A stretch of DNA of 64,000 nt from an uncultured Methanosarcinales archaeon (GTDB lineage: Archaea > Nanobdellota > Nanobdellia > Woesearchaeales > UBA11576): NCBI GenBank assembly GCA_964406185.1, contig CAYOQS010000002.1, positions 146,998 through 210,997 on the forward strand, written 5' to 3'. The notes beneath the pieces are model-generated. The model saw only the letters and a list, made by a program, of their open reading frames with translations. It did no database searches and was not told where the DNA came from. Made by a program: the position numbers and the translations under genes. This document shows, piece after piece, positions 38,654-46,805 of this stretch (its first letter is position 1; every line of letters starts with the position of its first letter).

Positions 38654-39991
38654 ATGAAGAACAAGGTGGATGGTTTCATCAGGAATCCGGGGAAGGCGTT
38701 GTTCACGCTGGCCCTGCCTATCATCATAGGCATGCTTGTCCAGTCGTTGTACAATATCGTGGACACCATCTACGTCGGCAGGCTCGGTGCGGATGCCATC
38801 GCCGCTCTGACTTTCGCTTTCCCTATCTTTTTTATCCTGATAGCTCTGAACGCGGGTATCGGTGTTGGCATGGGTTCGCGTATCTCCCGCTATTTAGGGG
38901 GGAAGAACAGGACCGCTGCTGAGAACACTGCGATGCATGGTGTCTTCATATCTCTTGGTCTGGGGGTGATCATATTTGTCCTTGGTATGATCTTCCTTGA
39001 GCCTTTGTTCTCCCTGTTCGGCGCTCATGACGCTGTGCTGGAGATGAGCATAAGCTACATGTCCATAATACTGATGGGTGTGTTCTTCATGTTTCCGGCT
39101 TTCGTGATGAGCAACATCTTCATCGCGCAGGGGGATACAAGGACACCCATGGTGGTGCAGATCATAGCGTTGGTGCTGAACATATTCATGGACCCGCTTT
39201 TCATCTTCGTCTTTGACATGGGTGTGGGCGGCGCTGCCCTTGCGACTGTATTGTCTTTCACGATCAATCTTATCATATTCCTCTTCCTGCTGAAGAGGCG
39301 GTCCTATCTCAAGTTGAGGATCAGGAGCTTCACCCCGTCTTTGTTTATCCTGAAGGAGATAGTGCGGGTGGGTATACCTGCCAGCACGACTATGATGCTG
39401 ATGTCTTTCAGCTTCATGTTCCTTAATCGTTTCATGGCGCATTTCGGGACGGATCATGTGGCGATGTTTGGCATCGTGTTCCGTCTGAACAGCCTTGCGT
39501 TCATGCCCATATCAGGTTTCGCTATGGGTGCTATGACTCTGGTCGCTATGTTCTATGGTGCTGGGCGGTACGATCTTCTGAAAGGCATCATCTGGTTCGC
39601 TGTGAGGATAGGTGTGGGGTTCACCGCTTTCATGGGTGCGTTGTTCTTTATCTTTCCCTCTTTATTCTTGCGCATTTTCACGCCGGACCAGTCGCTGATA
39701 TCCATGGGGATCCCGTATGTGCGCATAGTGGTGTTCGAGTTGCCCTTTTTTGCGATGAGCCTGTTCATCTCCCGGACACTGCAGGGCATGGGTCTGGGGA
39801 TTCCGGGCTTGGTGATAAATTCTGTTCGCATGATACTGGTAGCAGTCCCGCTGGCTTACCTGTTCGTTTTCGTGCTTGGGTATGGCTACCTGTATATTGC
39901 GGTGGCGACAGTGATAGGCGCTTCCCTGTCGATGGTTATTGCGGTTATCTGGCTCACTGTCAAGCTCCGCCGATGCCAGGAAGGTTGTTGA
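38654..39991 (+). CDS. MATE family efflux transporter
   Basis: 12-TM pattern. N-terminal LALPIIIGMLVQSLYNIVDTIYVGRLGADAIAAL is typical of MATE/NorM. Start moved to MKNKVDG. Confidence 0.8.
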   Translation: MKNKVDGFIRNPGKALFTLALPIIIGMLVQSLYNIVDTIYVGRLGADAIAALTFAFPIFFILIALNAGIGVGMGSRISRYLGGKNRTAAENTAMHGVFISLGLGVIIFVLGMIFLEPLFSLFGAHDAVLEMSISYMSIILMGVFFMFPAFVMSNIFIAQGDTRTPMVVQIIALVLNIFMDPLFIFVFDMGVGGAALATVLSFTINLIIFLFLLKRRSYLKLRIRSFTPSLFILKEIVRVGIPASTTMMLMSFSFMFLNRFMAHFGTDHVAMFGIVFRLNSLAFMPISGFAMGAMTLVAMFYGAGRYDLLKGIIWFAVRIGVGFTAFMGALFFIFPSLFLRIFTPDQSLISMGIPYVRIVVFELPFFAMSLFISRTLQGMGLGIPGLVINSVRMILVAVPLAYLFVFVLGYGYLYIAVATVIGASLSMVIAVIWLTVKLRRCQEGC

Positions 39992-40100
39992 TAAGATATC
40001 TGAAAGATATCCTGACATTCACTTCCACTTTGGGACATCAGAATGTTTTTATAGCTCGCGCTTAGATGGGTTCTCAATAAGATATAGAGGGTGATATGTT

Positions 40101-40859
40101 GTGGTCGAGTTGAGTGATGAGTTGAGAAGGGCAAGGGACAGGGTTTGTTTTGCGCTTGATTTCCCTCATCCCGAAGAGGCTTTGAGGGCTGTTCAGGAGA
40201 TTTATCCTTTTGTGGGAAGCTTCAAGGTTGGTAAGGAGCTGCATACTGCTGCGGGTAATGCTGGTGTCAATATAGTCCAGGCGATACGCCAGGCAGGGGG
40301 AAGTTCATTCCTTGACCTGAAATATCATGACACTCCTGCTACTGTGGAGGGTGCTGCGAAGGCTGCTGCAGTTCCTGGTGTTTACATGTTCAACATACAC
40401 GTCGGCGGCGGTGAGAAGATGTGCAGGAAGGCTGTCGAAGGAGCTTATGAGGGTGCTGAGATGAATGGTGTTGAGCGCCCGCTTGTGATCGGCGTGACTG
40501 TGCTGACAAGCCTTGATGATTCTGACCTTCTGGCTCAGGGTATTACCTGTTCTTATGATGACCTTGTGGCTAAGAGGACTGAGCTGGCTCAGCGTTGGGG
40601 TCTTGACGGCATTGTATGTCCTGCTAAGAAGGCAGGCGATCTTGAGAAGCGGTTCGGTGACAGCCTCCTGTACGTGACTCCGGGTGTTTCCTACAAAGGC
40701 AAGGAGGGTGAGGGTCAGAAGCAGGTGTATGACCCGGGTGATGCTGTGCATGACTGTGGTAATTCAGTTCTTGTGATAGGCAGTGCTATAAGGAAAGCGA
40801 AGGACAGGCCGGCGACCGCTTATGAGATACTGGAGGTCATTGCAGAGAACATGCGTTGA
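40101..40859 (+). CDS. pyrF: orotidine-5'-phosphate decarboxylase
   Basis: FALDF..., FLDLKYHDTPATV (DxKxxD motif), IVCP. GTG start after SD GAGGGTGAT. Confidence 0.8.
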   Translation: MVELSDELRRARDRVCFALDFPHPEEALRAVQEIYPFVGSFKVGKELHTAAGNAGVNIVQAIRQAGGSSFLDLKYHDTPATVEGAAKAAAVPGVYMFNIHVGGGEKMCRKAVEGAYEGAEMNGVERPLVIGVTVLTSLDDSDLLAQGITCSYDDLVAKRTELAQRWGLDGIVCPAKKAGDLEKRFGDSLLYVTPGVSYKGKEGEGQKQVYDPGDAVHDCGNSVLVIGSAIRKAKDRPATAYEILEVIAENMR

Positions 40860-40934
40860 TACGCGTCAGCTTTGTCCTGGATGGTCAAGTAAGCTGCAAT
40901 ACTGCCTGCGGACAGAGCATAACTGCCATAAATC

Positions 40935-40941
40935 TTTTATA
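40935..40941 (+). promoter_or_regulatory. TATA box (TTTTATA)
   Basis: 24 nt before the ATG at 40966. Confidence 0.45.
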
Positions 40942-40965
40942 CCCTTTTTTCTTTTTCCTTCTTTT

Positions 40966-41850
40966 ATGATAAGTGAGTCTGAGCTGAAGCATCTCAAGGA
41001 TAGGATAGTCAGCTACAGGGAAGATGCTGAGCGGCTTGCTGACGAGAAGAACAAGGCCATAGCTGATATGGCTGAGCTGGGCCAGGCTGCTGAGCTGAAG
41101 TTCAAGCTTCTTTCTCTTGAGACGATAGTCCATGACCAGATAAAGAACTACCGCAATATCATAAGGTGTGTGAACAGGCTGAAGCGTGTCCAGCGGGATG
41201 AGACTTTCAGGGAATGGGAGAAAGTGTGCAGGGTGACTGAAGAGATAGCTGGATGGGAGAAGGAACTGGGTATATTTCTGGGGCTGATCATGAGGTCCTT
41301 GAAGCGTCAGAGGCGGGCGCTGCATAAGAAGCTCGGCGCGTACATATGGGTCATGGGTTTTCTTTTCAGGTTCGAGTCCAAGCGGTCGAAGAAGGATCGT
41401 TTCAGGTCTGCTTTTGATGATTTCTATTCTGAGTATGAGAAGGAGCTCGCACTGGACAGGAGGTATCGGAGGAAGCTCACGGACATGCTTGAGCAGGTGA
41501 AGGCGAAGGTGTCTCTGCTTGACAGGGCCGCGATAGTCCTGCGGGACCCTGAACTGAGGGAGATTATAGGCGGTGCCGCGGCTGGTGCCGGAAGGAGGGA
41601 TATAGATGCCTTGCGTTCAGAGATAGATCATGTTCTGGAGCACAGGATGGGCAAGCGTCTTTTCACTTCTTTGTTCTACAGGAATGCGAAGTGGACCGTG
41701 AAGCGTGTGGCCCCTTTCACCATGTTCAGTCCCGTGCCGGGCACTAACGTGGCTGTCATGACTGGTGTCATGCTCTTCACTTTGGGACAGGCTGCCAGGA
41801 GCGTGTATGTCGACAGGAAGGCTGCGAAGGTGAAGAGGCTTGCAGCATGA
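40966..41850 (+). CDS. coiled-coil protein with C-terminal hydrophobic segment
   Basis: Start moved to MISESELKHLKD at the leaderless spacing. Heptad-like charged sequence. C-terminal VAVMTGVMLFTLGQAA. Confidence 0.55.
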   Translation: MISESELKHLKDRIVSYREDAERLADEKNKAIADMAELGQAAELKFKLLSLETIVHDQIKNYRNIIRCVNRLKRVQRDETFREWEKVCRVTEEIAGWEKELGIFLGLIMRSLKRQRRALHKKLGAYIWVMGFLFRFESKRSKKDRFRSAFDDFYSEYEKELALDRRYRRKLTDMLEQVKAKVSLLDRAAIVLRDPELREIIGGAAAGAGRRDIDALRSEIDHVLEHRMGKRLFTSLFYRNAKWTVKRVAPFTMFSPVPGTNVAVMTGVMLFTLGQAARSVYVDRKAAKVKRLAA

Positions 41851-42176
41851 GATTTGATCAACGTGTCTGGAAACTCTGCAAACGCATCCCGAAAGGGCAG
41901 GTCTCCACCTATGGCGAGCTCGCAAGGGCGCTCGGCACAAAGGCGTACCGCGCGGTGGGCAATGCCCTGAACCGTAACCCTTATAGCGCTTGGGGGCGGG
42001 CGGGAGGAAGACCAAGTCCTTCGGACTTGGTACCTTGCCACAGGGTAGTCAACAGTGACGGAAGGGTTGGCGGCTTTGCGCTGGGCACGAAGAAGAAGAT
42101 AGCCCTTCTCAAGAAAGAAGGCATCATCATCGATGAAGAAAAGATAGACCTCGATAGATACATGTTCAGTTTCTAG
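41847..42176 (+). CDS. ogt: methylated-DNA-protein-cysteine methyltransferase (MGMT C-terminal domain)
   Basis: VPCHRVV active-site motif and YGELARALG helix. ATGA overlap with the upstream gene. Confidence 0.8.
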   Translation: MRFDQRVWKLCKRIPKGQVSTYGELARALGTKAYRAVGNALNRNPYSAWGRAGGRPSPSDLVPCHRVVNSDGRVGGFALGTKKKIALLKKEGIIIDEEKIDLDRYMFSF

Positions 42177-43314
42177 TGCTGTATTCTGTTGAGGGCAGCG
42201 GTGTGTCTGCAGGTATTGGAGGTGGTGTGGTCCTGAGCTGAACTCTCATCCGGACGCCTCTTTCAAGGTTCTCGACGCTCATCTCTCCGCCTGTGCTGGT
42301 TATGCTCTGCTGTGCTGCGTATATGTCTCCTACCCTGTCGTCAAGGGGTGCGTTTTCCTGCGCTATTGTGAATATCATGTCTGCCTGTTGGTGGGGTATT
42401 GTGGGTCCGTTGTCTGTCACGTATACGACTGCGTTCTCACCGTATTGTCCGTAGCCTAGCTGTACTTCAGGGTTTTTTGTGCTTCTGAGCGTGAAAGGCT
42501 TGCTCATCAGTATGTTGAGTATTGCTTTCCTTATGGTGTCTTCATCTCCTTCTATCTCGACTTCGGGCGGGATGTGATCTATTGACAGTTTTATACCTAC
42601 GGGCGCGTAATCAAGCATTGCCATTTCTGCTGCTGATCTGACTGTCTTCTCAAGGTTTGCTGTATCTGTGTGGGCTGATCCCTGCAGCAGTGTCTTCCTG
42701 CACTTGTCAAGCTCTTCCCTCAGCTCTCTTGTGCAGTCTAGCAGGTGTTGGAATGCTTCAAAAGATGGTGTGTAGAATCCGTCTTCTTCTTTCTTTATTA
42801 CTTCTGTCACTGACATCGAGACTGAGGCTACTGGTGTGCTGAGCTTTCTGAATATCGCGCCGTATATGGCGTTGATCATCCTGAGCCTGTTAAGCTCTTT
42901 TCTGCTGTCTTCCTCTTTGCTTAGGGGGTATCTGCAGTCTGGTATGGGTTCTGCGTCTTCTATCAGCTCGTATATGTCGTGGCTGAGTTTGGTGCCGTAG
43001 CTTTCGGACAGCCAAGCGTTTCTCGATCCGGAATATAGTCCGCGCGTTCCTATTATTATGTGGTATATCTCTTTTGATCTTCTGACAAAATCCTGAAAGA
43101 TATTCGCGTTTACTGTGTACTCGCCTATGGGTCTTGGCACAGGGCTTTCCCGTACTGAGCGGTCCATCCTTGCTGAGGATATGGTGGTCATGAGTTTTTG
43201 CGCGAGTTCGTCAAGCTTGTTGAATGCCTTTCCGGCTATCTCTATCTTGTACTTTTGTGCTTCTACGTCTTTTCCGGTCAGATAGTCTTCCAGACGTTCT
43301 TCTTCCAGATCCAC
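42166..43314 (-). CDS. histidine-kinase-like ATPase domain protein (degenerate sensor kinase?)
   Basis: The C-terminal region has N-box-like AILNILMS, G1-like VTDNGPTIP and a later GG. No clear H-box or TM sensor region. Confidence 0.4.
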   Translation of the reverse strand: MDLEEERLEDYLTGKDVEAQKYKIEIAGKAFNKLDELAQKLMTTISSARMDRSVRESPVPRPIGEYTVNANIFQDFVRRSKEIYHIIIGTRGLYSGSRNAWLSESYGTKLSHDIYELIEDAEPIPDCRYPLSKEEDSRKELNRLRMINAIYGAIFRKLSTPVASVSMSVTEVIKKEEDGFYTPSFEAFQHLLDCTRELREELDKCRKTLLQGSAHTDTANLEKTVRSAAEMAMLDYAPVGIKLSIDHIPPEVEIEGDEDTIRKAILNILMSKPFTLRSTKNPEVQLGYGQYGENAVVYVTDNGPTIPHQQADMIFTIAQENAPLDDRVGDIYAAQQSITSTGGEMSVENLERGVRMRVQLRTTPPPIPADTPLPSTEYSTRN

Positions 43315-43506
43315 CTTATTTCACCAGAAGCTAGAGAGCGTAATCTCGTGTTGTCAAGTTACGCAAAGCTCCCCCCCACCTCTCTAACCTGTTTTTTTTT
43401 TCTGTATATACTATGTTTTCAGGATTAATAAAGGTTGTTATAAGTCTTTTAAACTGATAAAGAAAGAATAAGTGGAAATAGAAAGATTTTGGAAAAAGGG
43501 AGGTCT

Positions 43507-44448
43507 TTACTCCTTTTTCTTCTTTTTCTTGGTCTTCTTGATCTCTTTTTCAAGGTCAAGCTTTTCGAGGAGCTCTTTGTACCTGTTCCTGATCGTGACT
43601 TCTGTCACTCCGGCCACGTCCGCCACTTCTCTTTGCGTCCTCTTCTCGCCATGTATCAGTGCTGATACGTATAGCGCCGCTGCTGCTATGCCTGTGGGAC
43701 CTCTTCCTGAGGTCAGCTCAGCCTTCTGGGCCTTCTCGAGTATCTCTACCGCTTTTGACTGTGTCTCTGCTGACAGCCTGAGTGAGCTTGAGAACCTTGC
43801 GATGTAGTCTGCAGGGTTTGAGGGCAGTATCGTGATGCCCAGCTCTCTGGTGACGAACCTGTAGGTCCTTCCGACCTCTTTCTTCTCTATGTTTGATGCT
43901 TCTGAGAGCTCGTCGAGTGTCCTTGGCACTTCATGCCTCCTGCATGCTGCGTAGAGCGAGCCTGCGACCACTGATTCCATGCTCCTTCCTCTCACGAGGC
44001 CTCTCTGCACTGCGAGGGTGTATATCCTTGCAGCCTCTTCCTCGACTGATTTCGGGAGTTTGAGGTATGAGCTGACTCTTTTCAGCTCTGCTAGCGCGAG
44101 TTTCAGGTTTCTTTCGATGGCTGTGCTTATCCTGTACTGCCATTTTCTGAGCCTGAAGAACTTGTTCTTGTCTTTTGACCCGAGCTTGTACAGGTCTGCT
44201 TTCTGCCCGACTTCTGTGCCGAGTCCCTGGTCGTACTGTGTGTACGTCATGGGAGCGCCTGTCCTGCGCTTGCTTTCGGTATCTTCGCTATCGAAGTCTC
44301 TCCATTCCTGTGTGAAGTCGACCATCTTCTCTTCGACGACAAGGCCGCAGTCTTTGCATATGACTTCTCCCTTGTCCTTGTTTATGAAGAGGTTTATCCC
44401 TCCACACTCCGGGCATTTCTTGATATATTCCTGGGTCATGATCGTCAC
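43507..44448 (-). CDS. tfb: transcription initiation factor IIB (TFB)
   Basis: Zn ribbon CPECGG...CKDCG, two cyclin-fold repeats (RGRSMESVVAGSLYAACR, GPTGIAAAALYVSA). SD AAGGTGA upstream. Lys-rich tail. Confidence 0.95.
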   Translation of the reverse strand: MTIMTQEYIKKCPECGGINLFINKDKGEVICKDCGLVVEEKMVDFTQEWRDFDSEDTESKRRTGAPMTYTQYDQGLGTEVGQKADLYKLGSKDKNKFFRLRKWQYRISTAIERNLKLALAELKRVSSYLKLPKSVEEEAARIYTLAVQRGLVRGRSMESVVAGSLYAACRRHEVPRTLDELSEASNIEKKEVGRTYRFVTRELGITILPSNPADYIARFSSSLRLSAETQSKAVEILEKAQKAELTSGRGPTGIAAAALYVSALIHGEKRTQREVADVAGVTEVTIRNRYKELLEKLDLEKEIKKTKKKKKKE

Positions 44449-44884
44449 CTTGATCGTTAGATAGAGCAGTCTGCCTGCTCTTTGGAAAGATTATTTATTT
44501 ACCACCCCAACTTTTTGCGAAAAAAATTTAAACCGTATTTATTTGAGTATCATGGTTACTACAATAGATTTATATAATTGTGATGTGCTTCTATATATAA
44601 ATATTTCGGTTTTGCGTAAGCTTTATATATTTCCGTAATGGTGAAAAAAGAAGCTGTTTAATGCTTTATATGATTTCTAAAGGAAATATGGGTGCTTTTT
44701 ATTGTTTTAGGGGGTTTATTAGGTTTTTTGGGGATTATTGATGATTTAAAGAGGTTTTCAAAGCCCTAAAATTTATATTCTGCTTTCCAAAGTTCTTTTT
44801 AAAGTCCGCCTGCCTTCTGATTTCTCTGCCCTGAAGATGGTGATGTGATCCACTCCATTTTCCCATATCCCTCCAAGAGATAGT

Positions 44885-44892
44885 TTTTTAAA
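44885..44892 (+). promoter_or_regulatory. TATA-like box (TTTTTAAA) upstream of the tRNA-Ser locus
   Basis: 31 nt before GCCGACG at 44924. No comparable box precedes the inner tRNA at 45033. Confidence 0.35.
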
Positions 44893-44923
44893 CAGAAATC
44901 TTAACCGCTCTCCCGGACCATTT

Positions 44924-45009
44924 GCCGACGTCGCATACTCAAAGCTTTTGGGCTTTGGTCGCGCCGTCAGCTTCATTCAAGACTGGAGAACCAGTTTCCT
45001 GACGGATAC
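44924..45009 (+). other. Ser-type tRNA 5' portion (acceptor 5' strand, D-arm region with hairpin insertion, variable-arm homologue), no T arm
   Basis: The first 17 nt match tRNA-Ser(UGA) at 14/17. 44977-45009 is 28/33 identical to 45109-45141. Contains hairpin CAAAGC-ttttgg-GCTTTG and a 7-bp helix CCGTCAG/CTGACGG. No canonical anticodon loop found. Confidence 0.4.
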
Positions 45010-45032
45010 ACAAAAAAATCCTTTGACGCTAA

Positions 45033-45166
45033 GCCAGCGTCGCATAATCTGGTACTTCGCGCGAGCGAAGGTTTACGCGAAGCGGAAAATTGCGCTGGTC
45101 TTGAAACCTCAAGACGAGATAACCAGTTTCCTAACGGATATCCCGGTTCAAATCCGGGCGCTGGCG
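45033..45166 (+). tRNA. tRNA-Ser(UGA), class II, with two insertions (D loop ~45055-45089; after position 37, 45106-45120)
   Basis: Acceptor GCCAGCG/CGCTGGC plus G. D stem GCAT/TTGC. Anticodon stem CTGGT/ACCAG with loop CTTGAA..A. Variable arm TTTCCTAACGGATAT. T arm CCCGG-TTCAAAT-CCGGG. Confidence 0.8.
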
Positions 45167-45185
45167 TCATATAGAAGGATTTTTT

Positions 45186-45290
45186 GGTACTGGAAACTCC
45201 TACGGAGTTTCCATGTATCCCGGTTCAAAATTTAAGCTACGCTTAAATGCTCAGCAAAGCGGAGCTTTGATGAATCTCCGGGCGTCGGCG
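45186..45290 (+). other. Ser-type tRNA 3' portion: perfect 10-bp hairpin, T arm split by a 47-nt insertion, 3' acceptor strand
   Basis: TGGAAACTCC-tac-GGAGTTTCCA (45191-45213). CCCGG TTCAAA [45230-45276] T CCGGG. CGTCGGC+G is the exact complement of GCCGACG at 44924. Confidence 0.45.
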
Positions 45291-45326
45291 TAACAAGCGT
45301 AAGCGGGTGGAGTTGGCGGACGGGCC
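45278..45326 (+). repeat. direct repeat R1 (begins in the tRNA 3' end)
   Basis: The 49 nt CCGGGCGTCGGCGTAACAAGCGTAAGCGGGTGGAGTTGGCGGACGGGCC recur at 46119-46167 with 3 mismatches. Confidence 0.9.
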
Positions 45327-45388
45327 AGCGCCCGAAGGGGGTAAGCGTGTCCGGGTGGAGGGTTTAGTTAGAAAAGAAAGTCCTGCTA

Positions 45389-45799
45389 TTATTTGCTCTT
45401 CAATATCTCGACTACTTCTTGTGTCTGGTATATCTTAACAGCATCCTGATCCTTCAATCGTTTATCGTTCGACCAGATTCCGCAATTCAATTTCATCGCC
45501 AATGCTAAATACATCGCGTCTTTTTCATCGGGAGAAATTAGTTTGGCTCGACCCGATAATTGAGCAGTTTCCTCTTTTGGAATGGTTGAGATAACTTCTT
45601 TTAGGCAATGCATGATTTCAATAAAATTCTCTCGTGTCCTTCCGGTCTTTTGCAGTATTAAATCTTCATATTTCATGAATTCTGTAATCAAGAATTCGGG
45701 AGCGTACAACTTTAAGTTCTCGTCGAACAACAATTCAGAAGTATAACTGTCTTTGATCAATGCGGCGAACAGGATATTTGCATCAAGAACAAGTTCCAT
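45389..45799 (-). CDS. vapC: PIN-domain toxin (VapC-like)
   Basis: MELVLDANILFAA (first acidic residue), later acidic residues, 136 aa. Abuts the upstream antitoxin gene. Confidence 0.8.
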   Translation of the reverse strand: MELVLDANILFAALIKDSYTSELLFDENLKLYAPEFLITEFMKYEDLILQKTGRTRENFIEIMHCLKEVISTIPKEETAQLSGRAKLISPDEKDAMYLALAMKLNCGIWSNDKRLKDQDAVKIYQTQEVVEILKSK

Positions 45800-45800
45800 C

Positions 45801-46025
45801 TTAATTATTGTTATATCTCTTTGCAGCTTTGGCGCTTAGTTCTCTGCCTAGCTTAAGAGCATCTTCTTCTGTAAACTCGCTGTCTTTGGTAAACTTCTTG
45901 AACTTCTCCATCATCTCAAGCTTTCTTTTGATTGCTTCTCTTGCTACAGCACTCCAGTTAAGTTCGGGAAATTTGTCCATGTCCTGCTTCATGTTTTCAG
46001 GTACTGATAGGGTTATACTTACCAT
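45801..46025 (-). CDS. vapB: antitoxin (VapB-like)
   Basis: 74 aa. MVSITLSVPENMKQDMDKF...AREAIKRKLE. Operon partner of the PIN gene. AT-rich promoter region 46026-46100. Confidence 0.6.
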   Translation of the reverse strand: MVSITLSVPENMKQDMDKFPELNWSAVAREAIKRKLEMMEKFKKFTKDSEFTEEDALKLGRELSAKAAKRYNNN

Positions 46026-46118
46026 ATTATCACCTTATGTGTATTACGTTTAATATGTATAATATGTTTATATATTTAAAGGTTTTGTTTAGCCATGCCT
46101 GATCCGTGCTGCTCGTGT

Positions 46119-46167
46119 CCGGGCGTCGGCGTAACGAGTGTAAGCGGGTGGAGCTGGCGGACGGGCC
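46119..46167 (+). repeat. direct repeat R2
   Basis: 46/49 identity to R1. Preceded by CTCGTGT, so 46112-46131 (CTCGTGTCCGGGCGTCGGCG) also repeats at 46186-46205. Confidence 0.9.
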
Positions 46168-46185
46168 CAGAGCATCTATGATGCT

Positions 46186-46205
46186 CTCGTGTCCGGGCGT
46201 CGGTG
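46186..46205 (+). repeat. short direct repeat R3 (tRNA 3'-end-like)
   Basis: CTCGTGTCCGGGCGTCGGTG, 19/20 identical to 46112-46131. Confidence 0.85.
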
Positions 46206-46216
46206 TTTTTATCCTC

Positions 46217-46567
46217 TCACATCCTCTCCATCCCGAATGACTTGAGCACATCCTTTATCTCATCGATCACTTTCTGTTGGTCTTTCTTTTCGGACATCCT
46301 GACGAATTTTATCAGAAGATGGGCTAGTTCATCTTCTGATGCGAACTTGAGCATGTGTCCGTCTGTGATGAAATAGAAGCGGTACTTGCCATGCTTCAGC
46401 TCTTTTATTGCTACTCCGCCGACATTTGCCAGGCTCTTTCCTTTCTTCGGGTGTCTCTCAAGAGACTTTAGTAGAAGGAATATCTTCCCTGATCCGCCTT
46501 TGAACCTGCGGATTACCTCCTTCACCAGGAGGTCAGTTATTATGACTCTGGCCATTTTTCTTGGCAT
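46217..46567 (-). CDS. RelE/ParE-like toxin (tentative)
   Basis: 116 aa. KELKHGKYRFYFITDG resembles the RelE/HigB-type core. Overlaps the upstream small antitoxin ORF by 35 nt as called, so the start is uncertain. Confidence 0.45.
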   Translation of the reverse strand: MPRKMARVIITDLLVKEVIRRFKGGSGKIFLLLKSLERHPKKGKSLANVGGVAIKELKHGKYRFYFITDGHMLKFASEDELAHLLIKFVRMSEKKDQQKVIDEIKDVLKSFGMERM

Positions 46568-46745
46568 AGGCTATCGCGTCATCTATGCTTACAGAGTCTG
46601 ATTCGTCGTACAGGTAGTCCCGCAGAAGCTGCTTGTGTGCGATCTCATACATCTTTCGTATGACATCTTCATATGAGTCGCCCGCCCTGCCGAGGTTGCG
46701 CAGCTTATCCTTCAGCTCGTTTGATATTGCTATTGTGGTTGCCAT
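46533..46745 (-). CDS. small antitoxin-like protein
   Basis: 70 aa. MATTIAISNELKDKLRNLGRAGDSYEDVIRKMYE (beta strand then helices). Positioned upstream of the toxin-like ORF. Confidence 0.5.
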   Translation of the reverse strand: MATTIAISNELKDKLRNLGRAGDSYEDVIRKMYEIAHKQLLRDYLYDESDSVSIDDAIAYAKKNGQSHNN

Positions 46746-46805
46746 ATATCATATAAGTTCTATAGAATATATAAATTTTTCTGTCTGACAGGGCGCAAAG
46801 CGTCT

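Noticed and set aside
44465-44780. A ~320-bp very AT-rich region next to tfb, considered as a replication origin.
   Set aside because: I could find no repeated origin-recognition-box-like motifs flanking it, and there is no orc1/cdc6 gene in the window. It is more simply a promoter-rich divergent spacer.
44971-44977. CTTCATT read as an anticodon loop with UCA (a Sec/suppressor-like tRNA).
   Set aside because: Position 37 would be U. The enclosing stem is 7 bp with a 28-nt loop. No Sec-type acceptor/T-arm geometry is present.
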